From Candidatus Latescibacterota bacterium (GTDB lineage: Bacteria; Latescibacterota; UBA2968; GCA-2709665), in NCBI GenBank assembly GCA_965205485.1, contig OZ242180.1:1344001-1408000 (forward strand): a stretch of DNA of 64,000 nucleotides, in the 5' to 3' direction. The notes beneath the pieces are model-generated. The model did not search any database. It saw only the letters and a program-made list of their open reading frames with translations, and was not told the origin of the DNA. Position numbers and translations under genes: made by a program. Positions 40,871-50,801 of the stretch are shown piece by piece. The number at the start of each line of letters is the position of its first letter. Position 1 is the stretch's first letter.

Positions 40871-41623
40871 ATGACAAATCCCACTATCGACCTCCTGCTT
40901 TCTCACAGAAGTATCCGCAGGTTCCGGAACCGGCCGCTTCCCGATGGTGTGCTCGAAACGCTGATCCAGTGCGGGCAACAGGCGAGCACGTCCAGCAACG
41001 TGCAGGCGTACACCGTTATTCACGTGGCCGATCCAAAGCGGAAGAAGCGACTGGCCGAACTCTGCGCCGACCAGGTGCAGATACACCAGAGCGCGGCGTT
41101 TCTGGCCTTCTGCGCCGATCTGCACCGGGACAGGATGGCCAACCAGATGCACGAGGCGGAGCGGTTCGACGGGGACTATGCGGAGGCGCTGATGATTGCG
41201 ACGGTGGACGTGGCGCTGATGATGCAGAACGTGGCGATCGCCGCGGAGTCGATGGGATTGGGCATCTGCATGATCGGCGCGATGCGGAACAACCCGAAAT
41301 CGGTGGGCAGGTTGCTCGATTTGCCCCCTTATGTCGTGGCCGTGGCCGGCTTCTGCATCGGGTATCCGGACCAGGCGCCGGAAGTCAAACCGCGCTTGCC
41401 GCTCGATGCGGTCCTTCATCGCGAGCGATACCTGTGCGACGAAACCCATCGACTGGCCATGGAGGAATACGACAGGACGATGGTCGAGTTCTATGCCTCG
41501 CAGGGGATGCACGAGGGCGACGAGCGATGGACAAAAGTCATGGCCGGGCGCACCGGACAGTTTCACGCCCGCGCCGAACTGGATGAATTCCTCACCGCCC
41601 AGGGCTTCCGGCTGCGGCGCTGA
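40871..41623 (+). CDS. nfsA: NADPH-dependent nitroreductase/flavin reductase (NfsA/NfrA1 family)
   Basis: HRSIRRF, ASTSSNVQAY, AESMGLG.C.IG..RN, KPRLP. Confidence 0.88.
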   Translation: MTNPTIDLLLSHRSIRRFRNRPLPDGVLETLIQCGQQASTSSNVQAYTVIHVADPKRKKRLAELCADQVQIHQSAAFLAFCADLHRDRMANQMHEAERFDGDYAEALMIATVDVALMMQNVAIAAESMGLGICMIGAMRNNPKSVGRLLDLPPYVVAVAGFCIGYPDQAPEVKPRLPLDAVLHRERYLCDETHRLAMEEYDRTMVEFYASQGMHEGDERWTKVMAGRTGQFHARAELDEFLTAQGFRLRR

Positions 41624-41719
41624 AATCCCTTCCGATCTGCCTTCCCCTTGACGTTCTCCACGTCATTGCGTATACATTTAGAAACAAATCAGCCCGCGCA
41701 ACCGCGAAAGAACAGAATA

Positions 41720-42031
41720 ATGCCTGATTCGACAATAGACAGGCTCGTCGGCGAGGTCGTAAAGCGCGTAAACCCCCTGCGAATCGTGCTTTTCGGATCG
41801 GCGGCCAGGAATGAATCAGGAGAGCAGAGCGACATCGATCTGCTCGTCGTCATGCCCGATGGTGTACACCGTCGCCGGACCGCACAGAAACTCTACCGTG
41901 AGATTAAGGGTTTACGCGTGCCATTCGATATCGTCGTTGCAACCGTAAAGGACCTGGAACAGCACAAGGATAATGACAGATTGATCTACAAGAACGCCCT
42001 CGAGGAAGGTATCGAAGTTTATGGAGTCTGA
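41720..42031 (+). CDS. Minimal nucleotidyltransferase (MNT) antitoxin-like protein
   Basis: LFGSAAR...SDIDLLVV and a downstream D. Confidence 0.85.
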   Translation: MPDSTIDRLVGEVVKRVNPLRIVLFGSAARNESGEQSDIDLLVVMPDGVHRRRTAQKLYREIKGLRVPFDIVVATVKDLEQHKDNDRLIYKNALEEGIEVYGV

Positions 42032-42125
42032 TTCGCCGGTATCGTGGCCTGCGAGCAGACGGCAAGACATCGAGACCGGTCAGTTGTCTCTTGCTGATAC
42101 AGTACTCTGTTGGGCACGTCATTGA
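42021..42125 (+). pseudogene. Possible stub of the cognate HEPN gene
   Basis: ATG overlaps the MNT 3' end by 11 nt; MESDSPVSW resembles a HEPN N-terminus, then the sequence loses similarity and stops after 34 aa. Confidence 0.35.
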
Positions 42126-42141
42126 ATCAAGAAGAAAGACC

Positions 42142-43470
42142 ATGGGCGACGCTGTCGAAAATATCGATCGGCTGAAAGCGGAATTGGACGCATTGCGGCC
42201 ATTGCCGTCGGATGTCGTGGGGCGGATAGAACAGAAGCTCCGGATCGAGTCGAACTACCACTCCAATGCCATAGAAGGCAACAACCTGACCCTCGGGGAG
42301 ACGCGAAGTCTGATCCTTCACGGACTTACTGCGCACGGGAAATCAATGCGCGATCATCTGGATATCGAGGGTCACGACGAGGCGGTAAAGGCGATTGAAA
42401 CCGCGGTCGAGAGTAAAGAGGAACTCAACGAGGTCTTTATCCGCAATCTCCATCGATTGCTCTTGAAAAAACCCTATGAAATCGACGCGCAAACCCCCGA
42501 TGGGCGGCCCACGAAACGACTCATAACAATCGGCAACTACAAAACCCAGCCAAACAACGTCCGCACCTCAACCGGAGAAATCTACTATTTCGCAGCGCCC
42601 GATCAGGTAAAGCCGGCGATGAGCGATCTCATGGACTGGTATAGAAAGGCCGAGAGTCAGGGCGAGCACCCCATTGCCATCGCGGCCACGTTTCACTATC
42701 GCTTTGTCAGAATCCATCCGTTCGACGATGGCAACGGTCGCATGGCGCGGCTCTTGATGAATATGATCCTGATCAGACACGGCTACACTGTGGCAATTGT
42801 TCCCATCCAGGAAAGAAACCGATACATTGAATCTCTGGAACAGGCGGACAAGTCAGAAGACCTTGCCGAATTCGTCGCCTATGTTGCTGGCTGCTGCGAA
42901 TACACCCTGAACCTCCATCTGCGAGCCGCCCGCGGCGAAGACATCGAAGACGCGGAGGACATAGACAAAGAGATCGCACTCTTTGTCAAAAAGAGTACAA
43001 GCAACACAATCGATGCGCGGGAATACGCCGACGAAGTGCTGTACCCGTTTTTCATTTATTGCAGGAACAAGGTTGAACAGATTTCATCGGTCTTCGGAAG
43101 AGTAGAAATTTCGGCCGATGCGTTTGCAAGACGGATTGACAACCAGAATTTACGTTTCGACTTGATGGAAGCAGAGGGCCCATTGCCCGAAGAGGCGTAT
43201 TCTGTTTCCACTCGCGCGAATTTCAGGTTATCGGAATATCGCGGGAACCAAAGAGAGGGCGTATTCCTCGATTGTACAAATGAAGCGGATCCTGACGATT
43301 ACCTTTGGGATTTTTCGGCAAATTTCAGCACGGACGGTCACGCATCCTCCAATCGCTTTCATGAGGCCAGATATTCTGGACGAGAGCTGGATCGCCTTAA
43401 GAAAATCTTCAATGACATGATCAGGGGAATGATGCAGAAGCTAACACAGACTGCTGACGACAGTCGATGA
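42142..43470 (+). CDS. Fic family protein (class II, autoinhibitory helix) with an unassigned C-terminal domain
   Basis: HPFDDGNGRMAR catalytic motif; SNAIEGN inhibitory motif N-terminal to it. Confidence 0.9.
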   Translation: MGDAVENIDRLKAELDALRPLPSDVVGRIEQKLRIESNYHSNAIEGNNLTLGETRSLILHGLTAHGKSMRDHLDIEGHDEAVKAIETAVESKEELNEVFIRNLHRLLLKKPYEIDAQTPDGRPTKRLITIGNYKTQPNNVRTSTGEIYYFAAPDQVKPAMSDLMDWYRKAESQGEHPIAIAATFHYRFVRIHPFDDGNGRMARLLMNMILIRHGYTVAIVPIQERNRYIESLEQADKSEDLAEFVAYVAGCCEYTLNLHLRAARGEDIEDAEDIDKEIALFVKKSTSNTIDAREYADEVLYPFFIYCRNKVEQISSVFGRVEISADAFARRIDNQNLRFDLMEAEGPLPEEAYSVSTRANFRLSEYRGNQREGVFLDCTNEADPDDYLWDFSANFSTDGHASSNRFHEARYSGRELDRLKKIFNDMIRGMMQKLTQTADDSR

Positions 43471-43586
43471 AGGCAAATTCACGGACCACGGTAACAGACT
43501 GATTGGGACGAAGACCTGCACAATTGGGTGTATCGGAAATCGTATAATGTCTTTGTGTCTTCGCGGCTTAGTGTGAGTTTATTGCC

Positions 43587-43898
43587 ATGAACGCGAAAAT
43601 TGACATTTCGAGAGAAGAGATCGCCGGATTCTGCCAGCGGAACGGGATCAAGCGGCTGGCGCTGTTCGGCTCGGTGCTCCGTGACGACTTCACGCCGGAG
43701 AGCGATGTGGATGTGATCGTGGAGTTCAAGCCAGGCAAGTCGCCGGGACTGAAGTTCATCAAAATGCAGGATGAGTTGTCGGCAATATACGGGAGAAAAG
43801 TCGACCTTCACACCTTCAGGGGGGTTGCAAGCAACCCGAACTGGCTGCTTCGGAACGAAATACTCGACTCAGCGGAGGCGGTCTATGAGCAGACGTGA
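43587..43898 (+). CDS. MNT antitoxin (MntA-like)
   Basis: LFGSVLRDDFTPESDVD, KVDL. Confidence 0.9.
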   Translation: MNAKIDISREEIAGFCQRNGIKRLALFGSVLRDDFTPESDVDVIVEFKPGKSPGLKFIKMQDELSAIYGRKVDLHTFRGVASNPNWLLRNEILDSAEAVYEQT

Positions 43899-44223
43899 CG
43901 ACCGTGTAAGCCTCGTGGATATGCTTATATACGCAAGAGAGGCCGTTGGGTTACTAGGTGAGGCAACACTGGATGATATTGTCGAAGATCGAGTAAGACA
44001 GCTGGCGCTTACGAAATTGGTGGAGGTTGTTGGCGAAGCGGCCAGACGCGTTTCTGAGGATACTCGCCGGCAAAACGATTCGATTCCCTGGTCTCAAATT
44101 ATCGGGCTACGAAACCGTCTGGTTCACGGCTACGATGACGTTGACCTCGAAATCCTGCGATCCATAATCCGAAACGACATGCCGCAACTGATTGAGCATC
44201 TCGAGACGATCGTAAGTGAGTAA
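43885..44223 (+). CDS. HEPN/DUF86 ribonuclease toxin (HepT-like)
   Basis: GEAA, IPW..I.GLRNRLVHGY (Rx4HxY); overlaps the MNT gene. Confidence 0.9.
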   Translation: MSRRDDRVSLVDMLIYAREAVGLLGEATLDDIVEDRVRQLALTKLVEVVGEAARRVSEDTRRQNDSIPWSQIIGLRNRLVHGYDDVDLEILRSIIRNDMPQLIEHLETIVSE

Positions 44224-44322
44224 GCGTAGAAACACAACGTGGCCAGACGGTTGAATGCTCATTGTATTTCCGAGCCTTTCAACTGCCTGGCCGCGTTTCT
44301 CTGTGATATCTGTTCCCTGCCG

Positions 44323-45060
44323 TCAGACGGAAACAGCGGACCGTGCGAAGGCGGAGGCGAGGACGTAGAGGATCCAGAGTCCGAAGACGCCCATCCCCGC
44401 GAGCTTTGTTCGAATCCCCGCAACAGCCCCCAGACCCACGGCAACCAACAGGTATTTCCAGACGGCGAAGACGGTGATCATGGTTAGGAAGTGGTCCGCG
44501 AAGCTCCCTTCCATGGATTCAGGCACTAGCAGACCCAGGCCAGGTTGTACCGATGGCGAATCCCATGCCGCGGTAATCAGCACCGTCACAATGGCGGCAG
44601 GGATGACCACCAGTGAGCTGTAGCTTACAACGGCCAGAATCTTTTTATACGTGCCGTCGCCGCCGAAGACGAAATTGGCGAGCGCGAGAAATATCAACCC
44701 CTGGACAAATATCGTCACGCCAGTCCCGATAGAAGGGAGGACTACGGCGCCCAGGCCCATCACCCTCTGCGCGCTTTCCAGGGCCAGCGCCCGTTGTTCT
44801 TCCGTAAGGGATTCATCCTGCGCGAGCCGCTCCTGCATGGCCTCCATCCCGGCCGTCTGCGCGGCGGGCATGAGCTGGTACGCCGAAATCATGCCCACGA
44901 CCACGATGATGATCATTGGAAGATACCAATCCCGGTGATCGACCTGTGCGTTAACAGCGGCGAATGTCCGACCGGGTGAGATCAAGGCTCCGATCATCCT
45001 GCTGACGATACCCATCTCCTCTCCGCTCTCCACGTCCTGTGCCTCTGTAGATTCTTCCAT
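44323..45060 (-). CDS. Yip1 family membrane protein
   Basis: RMIGALISPG.TF start, about 5 TM segments; GGAG RBS. Confidence 0.75.
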   Translation of the reverse strand: MEESTEAQDVESGEEMGIVSRMIGALISPGRTFAAVNAQVDHRDWYLPMIIIVVVGMISAYQLMPAAQTAGMEAMQERLAQDESLTEEQRALALESAQRVMGLGAVVLPSIGTGVTIFVQGLIFLALANFVFGGDGTYKKILAVVSYSSLVVIPAAIVTVLITAAWDSPSVQPGLGLLVPESMEGSFADHFLTMITVFAVWKYLLVAVGLGAVAGIRTKLAGMGVFGLWILYVLASAFARSAVSV

Positions 45061-45295
45061 TGTTTTCTCCTCCGAGTACGGACCTCACTTCTTCAGCTTG
45101 CCCTGACAAAACGAAATGCGGACGTCCCAGGTAATATAAACTCTCAGGCACAAAATACAATGCCGATACCGCGACCTGACGTTCGCCCACCGGGCGGTTT
45201 ACGGCTTGCGGGAGACAGGATGATTAGGCAAAATGGGGGACTCGTAGACGCGAAGTGATGTGAATTTGCCATGCGACCTGAAAGGGGTGAACGAA

Positions 45296-48274
45296 ATGTC
45301 AATCGGGAAAGAGCGAAGCCGACTCGTGAGCGCTTCGATGCGATCGAATGCGCTGGCCAATGCGGCGCGACACGATTGGGCGCGCGAACAGCAGGAACGC
45401 GCGATTGCGGCAGCCGACGAGTGGGTGGGCTGTACGGACGAAGCATTGTGGGAAATGGTGACCGCACAGGAGCTGCCGCGGACAGTCTACACGAACGAGG
45501 GCGTGACCTATAAGGGCCAGCAGCCGTACTGCCCCGGCTGCGGGGAGGAAGCGCCGGCGAAATCGGGGCGCGAATGGTGGGAATTCGACGACGCCAGGCC
45601 GTGGAAGATCTGGTGCGAGCATTGCAAGGAAGTCTATCCGAAGAACGACTTCGGGGCGTTCTACAGGACCGCCCTGGACGCGCACGGGATGTTCAGGCGC
45701 GAGTTGGGCGACCGGTCGCTGCTATTCAACGCAGATCATCCCGATCCGTCCGATCCCCGGCACGAACTCTACGTGGACGACGGATACGGGATGTTCGACG
45801 AACAGGGTAACCGGCACGATATGATCGCGTACTACAATTACGAAGCCGTGTGGCGCCGGATACAGCGAGGCGTTGCCGCGCTGGCCGAAGCGTACGCGCT
45901 CACCAGTGACCGACGCTACGCCCACAAGGCGGGTGTGCTGCTGGACAGGATCGCCGACGTCTACCCGGAGATGGACTACCTGCCGCTGCACGAACTGGGA
46001 TTTCAGCACAGCCAGGGCGGGTCGGGTAGAGGCCGCATTGAGGGTTGCATCTGGGAAACCTCCGTCGCGCAGGGCCTTGCCCGCAGCTATGATCTCATCT
46101 TCGACGGTATTCAAGGCGACGACGACCTGGTGGCGTTCTGCTCGGACAAAGCCGGACGATTCGCCCTGGGGGACAAGAGCAGCATCGGCGCAATCTGCGG
46201 GCATATTCACGAACATCTGCTGCTGGAGGCGCTCGCATCGGTGAAGGATGGGCGGATCAATGGCAATACGGGCATGAACCATTCCTCCCTGGCAACCGCG
46301 GCGATCGCCCTGGACGAACCGGATTCGACGCCGCAGTGGCTGGACTGGCTGTTTCATCCGGGGTTTCCAGGTGAACACGCAGCGCAGAAGGACCCGGTGA
46401 CCTGGGTGTTGACTGAAGGGCTCGACAGGGACGGCATGGGCGGCGAATGCGGCAGCTACGGGCTCATCTGGACCCGCCACATGCGGGAACTGGCGCAGAT
46501 TCTGTCCGTGTATCCTGAGTACACGAAACACAATCTCGTCGCGGATTACCCCAAGCTCAAGCAGGCATTTCTCGTGGAATCCCGGTTGAACGTGCTGGAC
46601 GGCATGATGCCCAATACGGGTGACAGCGGCGCCGTGGGCGCATGGGGCAGGCAGGGCGATGCCGCGACCTATGCGCGGGCGTACAGGCTGTACGGGGACC
46701 CGCGTTTCGCATCGCTGGCCTGGCAGGAGCACGCCGATCACGGTTCCACGCTGCGTCTGGACGACGACATATTCCTGGAGGACCCGGATGCGCTGATCCG
46801 GGAGATTCGGAAAGTCGGTCAACAGGGTGCGGGCACCCTTACGAGCGAACACTTCGGCCGGTACGGGCAGGCGCAGTTGCAGACCGGAAGTCCGAAAGAC
46901 GGTCGCGCCGTGTTTGTCCATTACGGACAGGGAAAGGGTCACTCCCACCACGATTGCCTCAACCTGGGACTGCTGGCGAAAAACGTGGCGATGATTCCGG
47001 ATCTCGGATATCCCGAATATACCGGGACCTGGCCGAAACGGCACGCGTGGACGGCCAACACGATCAGTCACAATACGCTGCTGGTGGGAGATACGAGGTC
47101 GGCATACAGTCCGGGCGGGCAGATCGAAACCTTCGCCGCCGAACCGCCGTTGCGCGCTATCCAGGTGGATGCGCCGGACGCCTATGAAGGGATGCGAACC
47201 TACCGGCGTACGGTTGCGCTGGTGGACGTGGACGAGGACAACAGCTACGTACTGGACGTGTTCCGGGCGCGGGGCGGGACCAACCACCGGTTGTCCTGGC
47301 ACGGCGCCGCCGAAGCGGCGCATGTTGACGGCCTTGATCTTGACCGGCAGGAAGGCGGTACGTTCGCAAGCCCGGACGTTCCGTTCGCGACGCTGGACGG
47401 GGAGAACGAGGACTACTACAAGGAGAGCGGCTTCACGTACCTCTACGACGTTGCGCGCTCGTCAGGGGCCGTACAACAACCTTACACCGTAGACTGGAAG
47501 ATCGAAGATATCCGCGGCCGGATCCCGGAGGGCGGCGAACCCCATCTTCGTCTCCACGCGCTCACGTCCTGCGACGAGGTCGCGCTGGCGACGGGGGATT
47601 CGCCCCGCAGGCTGCAGCGGCCGAGATATCTCATCCAGAGCAGGCTGGGCGAGGAGATGCAAAGCCGGTTTGTCAACGTCCTGGAACCCTACGACGCCAA
47701 TCCGTACATCGTTCGGATAAGCGAACTGGAAGTGCGACACGGAGGAGATGCCTGCGCCGCCGCCGCCGTGGCCGTGGAATTGGCCGAAGGTCGAAGGGAC
47801 GTCCTGATCAGTTGCGAGGAGCCGATGGACGTCGAGGTGGAAGGCGGGATCAGATTCAACGGGATGTTCGGAATGATCCGGCAGAAGGGCAATGAGGTTC
47901 AGTTGATGCGAATGATCGGCGGTACATGGCTCTCTTCAGGGGCCGCTGAACTGAAGTCGGAACGCGCATCCTGGCGCGGGAAGGTGGCGCGGATCGACGC
48001 GTCCGACCCCGCGAACAACCTGGTTGACCTGGATCCGCCTCTTCCGCGGGACCCAGACCTCGCCGGGCGCACGATCCACTTCATGAACGACCTGCCGATG
48101 GACACGAGCTACAGAATCGCGGCGGTCACGAAAGACGGGGTCTCGACCGGCGACATTACGATTGTCAGGGGACTCAGAGAGGGTACCGACCTCGCCAGCG
48201 GGTACACGTACCTGGTCAATCCCGGGGATGAATACGTTGTGCCGACGATCACAGGGGTGGGAGCAAGCACGTAA
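45296..48274 (+). CDS. Heparinase II/III-like protein (alpha/alpha toroid plus beta-sandwich)
   Basis: GHSHHDCLNLGL, PDLGYP, SHNTL; N-terminal CPGC/CEHC; no signal peptide evident. Confidence 0.75.
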   Translation: MSIGKERSRLVSASMRSNALANAARHDWAREQQERAIAAADEWVGCTDEALWEMVTAQELPRTVYTNEGVTYKGQQPYCPGCGEEAPAKSGREWWEFDDARPWKIWCEHCKEVYPKNDFGAFYRTALDAHGMFRRELGDRSLLFNADHPDPSDPRHELYVDDGYGMFDEQGNRHDMIAYYNYEAVWRRIQRGVAALAEAYALTSDRRYAHKAGVLLDRIADVYPEMDYLPLHELGFQHSQGGSGRGRIEGCIWETSVAQGLARSYDLIFDGIQGDDDLVAFCSDKAGRFALGDKSSIGAICGHIHEHLLLEALASVKDGRINGNTGMNHSSLATAAIALDEPDSTPQWLDWLFHPGFPGEHAAQKDPVTWVLTEGLDRDGMGGECGSYGLIWTRHMRELAQILSVYPEYTKHNLVADYPKLKQAFLVESRLNVLDGMMPNTGDSGAVGAWGRQGDAATYARAYRLYGDPRFASLAWQEHADHGSTLRLDDDIFLEDPDALIREIRKVGQQGAGTLTSEHFGRYGQAQLQTGSPKDGRAVFVHYGQGKGHSHHDCLNLGLLAKNVAMIPDLGYPEYTGTWPKRHAWTANTISHNTLLVGDTRSAYSPGGQIETFAAEPPLRAIQVDAPDAYEGMRTYRRTVALVDVDEDNSYVLDVFRARGGTNHRLSWHGAAEAAHVDGLDLDRQEGGTFASPDVPFATLDGENEDYYKESGFTYLYDVARSSGAVQQPYTVDWKIEDIRGRIPEGGEPHLRLHALTSCDEVALATGDSPRRLQRPRYLIQSRLGEEMQSRFVNVLEPYDANPYIVRISELEVRHGGDACAAAAVAVELAEGRRDVLISCEEPMDVEVEGGIRFNGMFGMIRQKGNEVQLMRMIGGTWLSSGAAELKSERASWRGKVARIDASDPANNLVDLDPPLPRDPDLAGRTIHFMNDLPMDTSYRIAAVTKDGVSTGDITIVRGLREGTDLASGYTYLVNPGDEYVVPTITGVGAST

Positions 48275-48360
48275 AATTCCTCACACAAAGACACAAAGGC
48301 ACGAAGGCACAAAGGAAAGGCGGGCGACCACAAGGTTCTGCAACGGCTTCCGATGTCTCC

Positions 48361-48920
48361 CTATTTCATCCTCTCATAGTCCGCGCGGGTAATCTCAAAA
48401 TCCAGTACCTTCCCGCCGTCCACCTCTCGTGCAGCGGTCAGGCCCAGGGACCGCCACAATGCAGACTGAACGTGGATTGTCCGCTGCTCACGTCCATCGG
48501 GCAGAAGCGGTCGATTCCCAGTTCTCCAAACGCGAACGCCATCAGACAGCGTACGACCTCTTTTCCGTACCCCCGACCCCACAACGCCTTGTCCCAGATC
48601 CCGATGGGCAGGCGCATCACCTTCTCGCCCGCGACTTCCCCACGTTCCAGGTTCATCCACTGAAGACACGCTTCGCCGATGGCGCGGCCGCTCGCCTTTT
48701 CAACAATGGCAAACAGGAATCCCTGTTCCGCCATCGCTTTGCCGGCCCCTTTGAGATACTCGCTCGTGACGGGTTCGCCGGGCGGGTCCCCTTCCATTGC
48801 ATTCAGGAAATCGGGGTCTCGATAAAAGGGAACGGCCAGATCGAAATCCGGCTCATCGAATGGCCGCAGACTCAGGCGCGGCGTTTCCAGGTGAAGGTTG
48901 TGACCTGCGAAGTTGCCCAT
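48361..48920 (-). pseudogene. RimJ/RimL-type GNAT acetyltransferase, frameshifted near 48465-48486
   Basis: LETPRL.LRP and WGRGYGKE in one frame, ADNPRS in a second, ALWRSLGL...RADYERMK in a third. Confidence 0.65.
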
Positions 48921-48970
48921 TCTCACGATCCCACTTTTCACTGTACCAGGGCTGGTTCCGGATCTCGACT

Positions 48971-49963
48971 CTACGCCGAACACGCCAGTTCCATCCCGTC
49001 TTCGACGTCCACGGTCACGCGCAGAACGCCCGGGCGGACGAGGGAGGCGGACATCGGCTGATTGTTGACGCGGACCCGGGGATACCGGCACCACGCCGCG
49101 GGTACGTCGGCGTCCAGGGTGAGCGCGCGGCACGTCACCCGGTCTGACAACCCGTCCAGGTTCAGACGATAGCGCTTTTCAACGTCCGTGTCGACGAGGG
49201 TTGTAACTGTCGTATGGCGGCGGGTGAGATGGTAGAAGGTGGCTTCCTCGGGCACGGCGCACCACACGTCGTCTCCGCCTTCCTCGACAACGGCATCGAA
49301 ACGGCGCCGAAGCTGGTCCGCCGTGCAGTCCTTGTTCCGATGGACCGCCTCATCCAGCGGGCAATGGCAATAGTCGATGATCCATCCGTTGTCGGCCTGC
49401 GCATGGCGTATGTTCCGGTACGGATCGAACTCGCTGTAGAAGGGTTCGTAAAACTGGTCATGCAGGGCCGTTCGGTTCAGCCAGAAGAGTTCGTCGACGG
49501 GCCGGTTGAGCGCATCCGTCAGACTCATCGCGCCCAGGTAGCCGTACTCGCGGCACGCTTCCAGTACGTGGTCCGCCATATTCGTATTGTTTCCCGGCGA
49601 GCAGTAGAGGTCAACCGGTCCGTCGATGGCCTCCTCCAGCACCTCCTTCGCCTCCCGCAACTCCCGGTCCAGCATATCCGGCCGTATGACTTCGTGGCTC
49701 CACGAATGGTTGCCCACGCCCCAGCCGCGGTCGACCATCTCCTTCATTTCCTTACCGGTCATATGCCTGAAACCGTTGTAGCTGGAAGCGCCGAGTTGCC
49801 GGATTTCGCCAATGTGGCCCGCTACCGCCTCCATGTGCCCCGGAATACCGAATGCTTCATGGATCGGCACCGCGCGCTCGTGCAGTTCGATCAGGGCTTC
49901 GTCGTACGTAATCGAGTAGACCCATTTCTTTCCGTGTTTCCAGTCACAGATCCTGATCGCCAT
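48971..49963 (-). CDS. Polysaccharide deacetylase family protein
   Basis: SITYDE, GNHSWSH (HxxxH), C-terminal H. Confidence 0.75.
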   Translation of the reverse strand: MAIRICDWKHGKKWVYSITYDEALIELHERAVPIHEAFGIPGHMEAVAGHIGEIRQLGASSYNGFRHMTGKEMKEMVDRGWGVGNHSWSHEVIRPDMLDRELREAKEVLEEAIDGPVDLYCSPGNNTNMADHVLEACREYGYLGAMSLTDALNRPVDELFWLNRTALHDQFYEPFYSEFDPYRNIRHAQADNGWIIDYCHCPLDEAVHRNKDCTADQLRRRFDAVVEEGGDDVWCAVPEEATFYHLTRRHTTVTTLVDTDVEKRYRLNLDGLSDRVTCRALTLDADVPAAWCRYPRVRVNNQPMSASLVRPGVLRVTVDVEDGMELACSA

Positions 49964-49976
49964 TGAATCACCCTTT

Positions 49977-50744
49977 CTAACCTGAATTCACGGCATCCAT
50001 GAACGCGTTGAACGTGGTGCTGAATCCGATCTTCCACTCGAAAATGTGGATGCCGTAACGCGTGGCAAGACGCTCGTCAAAGGTATCTGGACGTTCCACG
50101 CCCACCGTCCCGTCGCGCATCAATATGCATCGGTACCCGCGGGAGAGCATCGCCTGTCCGCCGCCTTCGGAACCCAGAACGCACATATCGGCCGCGAATC
50201 CCGTGTAGACCAGGGTGTCGATGTCATTGGCTTTCAGATATGCGTCCAATGTGTCGGTGTAAAAGACCATGGGCTCGTCGCCGACGGGGGACACGATTGC
50301 AGCCCGGCGCATCTTCGCGAGCGGCGAGTGCTTCATATAGTCGGGGCCGTGCGCACGGTCCAGCATTTCCTTCTGGCGGCCGGTGGGTTTCCAGACGTTC
50401 GACCTGTCCCGTCTGGACGGGATGTCCGGGTATTGTTCGTCCATCCAGTCGGCTTCCACGTGTACCACGGGAAGGCCGATCGCCCGCGCCGCGTCCATGG
50501 CCGGGCGCATCACCTCGCACATGATCCGGTACCCTTCCGCCGTGGCCTCGGGCCAGCCCAGGTCCACACAGTAGTCCATGTTCAGGGGAGGACCGTCGGG
50601 ACAGCCGATATTCCAGCAGTGCATGCCGATGAGGGCCGTTCGCCGGACGGGAAGCTCGAACGTGACCGATTCGTAACCGGGGTTGTCGATCGGCAGGGCG
50701 CGGTAGTAACGCGCGTTCAGATGGATGGTTGTGGCGTCGGACAT
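49977..50744 (-). CDS. Isochorismatase/cysteine hydrolase family protein
   Basis: GLPVVH, TLVYTGFAADMCV, LMRDGT. Confidence 0.75.
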   Translation of the reverse strand: MSDATTIHLNARYYRALPIDNPGYESVTFELPVRRTALIGMHCWNIGCPDGPPLNMDYCVDLGWPEATAEGYRIMCEVMRPAMDAARAIGLPVVHVEADWMDEQYPDIPSRRDRSNVWKPTGRQKEMLDRAHGPDYMKHSPLAKMRRAAIVSPVGDEPMVFYTDTLDAYLKANDIDTLVYTGFAADMCVLGSEGGGQAMLSRGYRCILMRDGTVGVERPDTFDERLATRYGIHIFEWKIGFSTTFNAFMDAVNSG

Positions 50745-50801
50745 TTCATGCGCCTTTCGGGAACGACGATGAGACTGGATGTTCGGCGGGGATACGCGGG
50801 G

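Noticed and set aside
45227..45270. GGCAAA...GACGCGAAG resembling a c-di-GMP-I riboswitch
   Set aside because: The GAAA tetraloop and a convincing P3 are missing; an Infernal/Rfam search would be needed.
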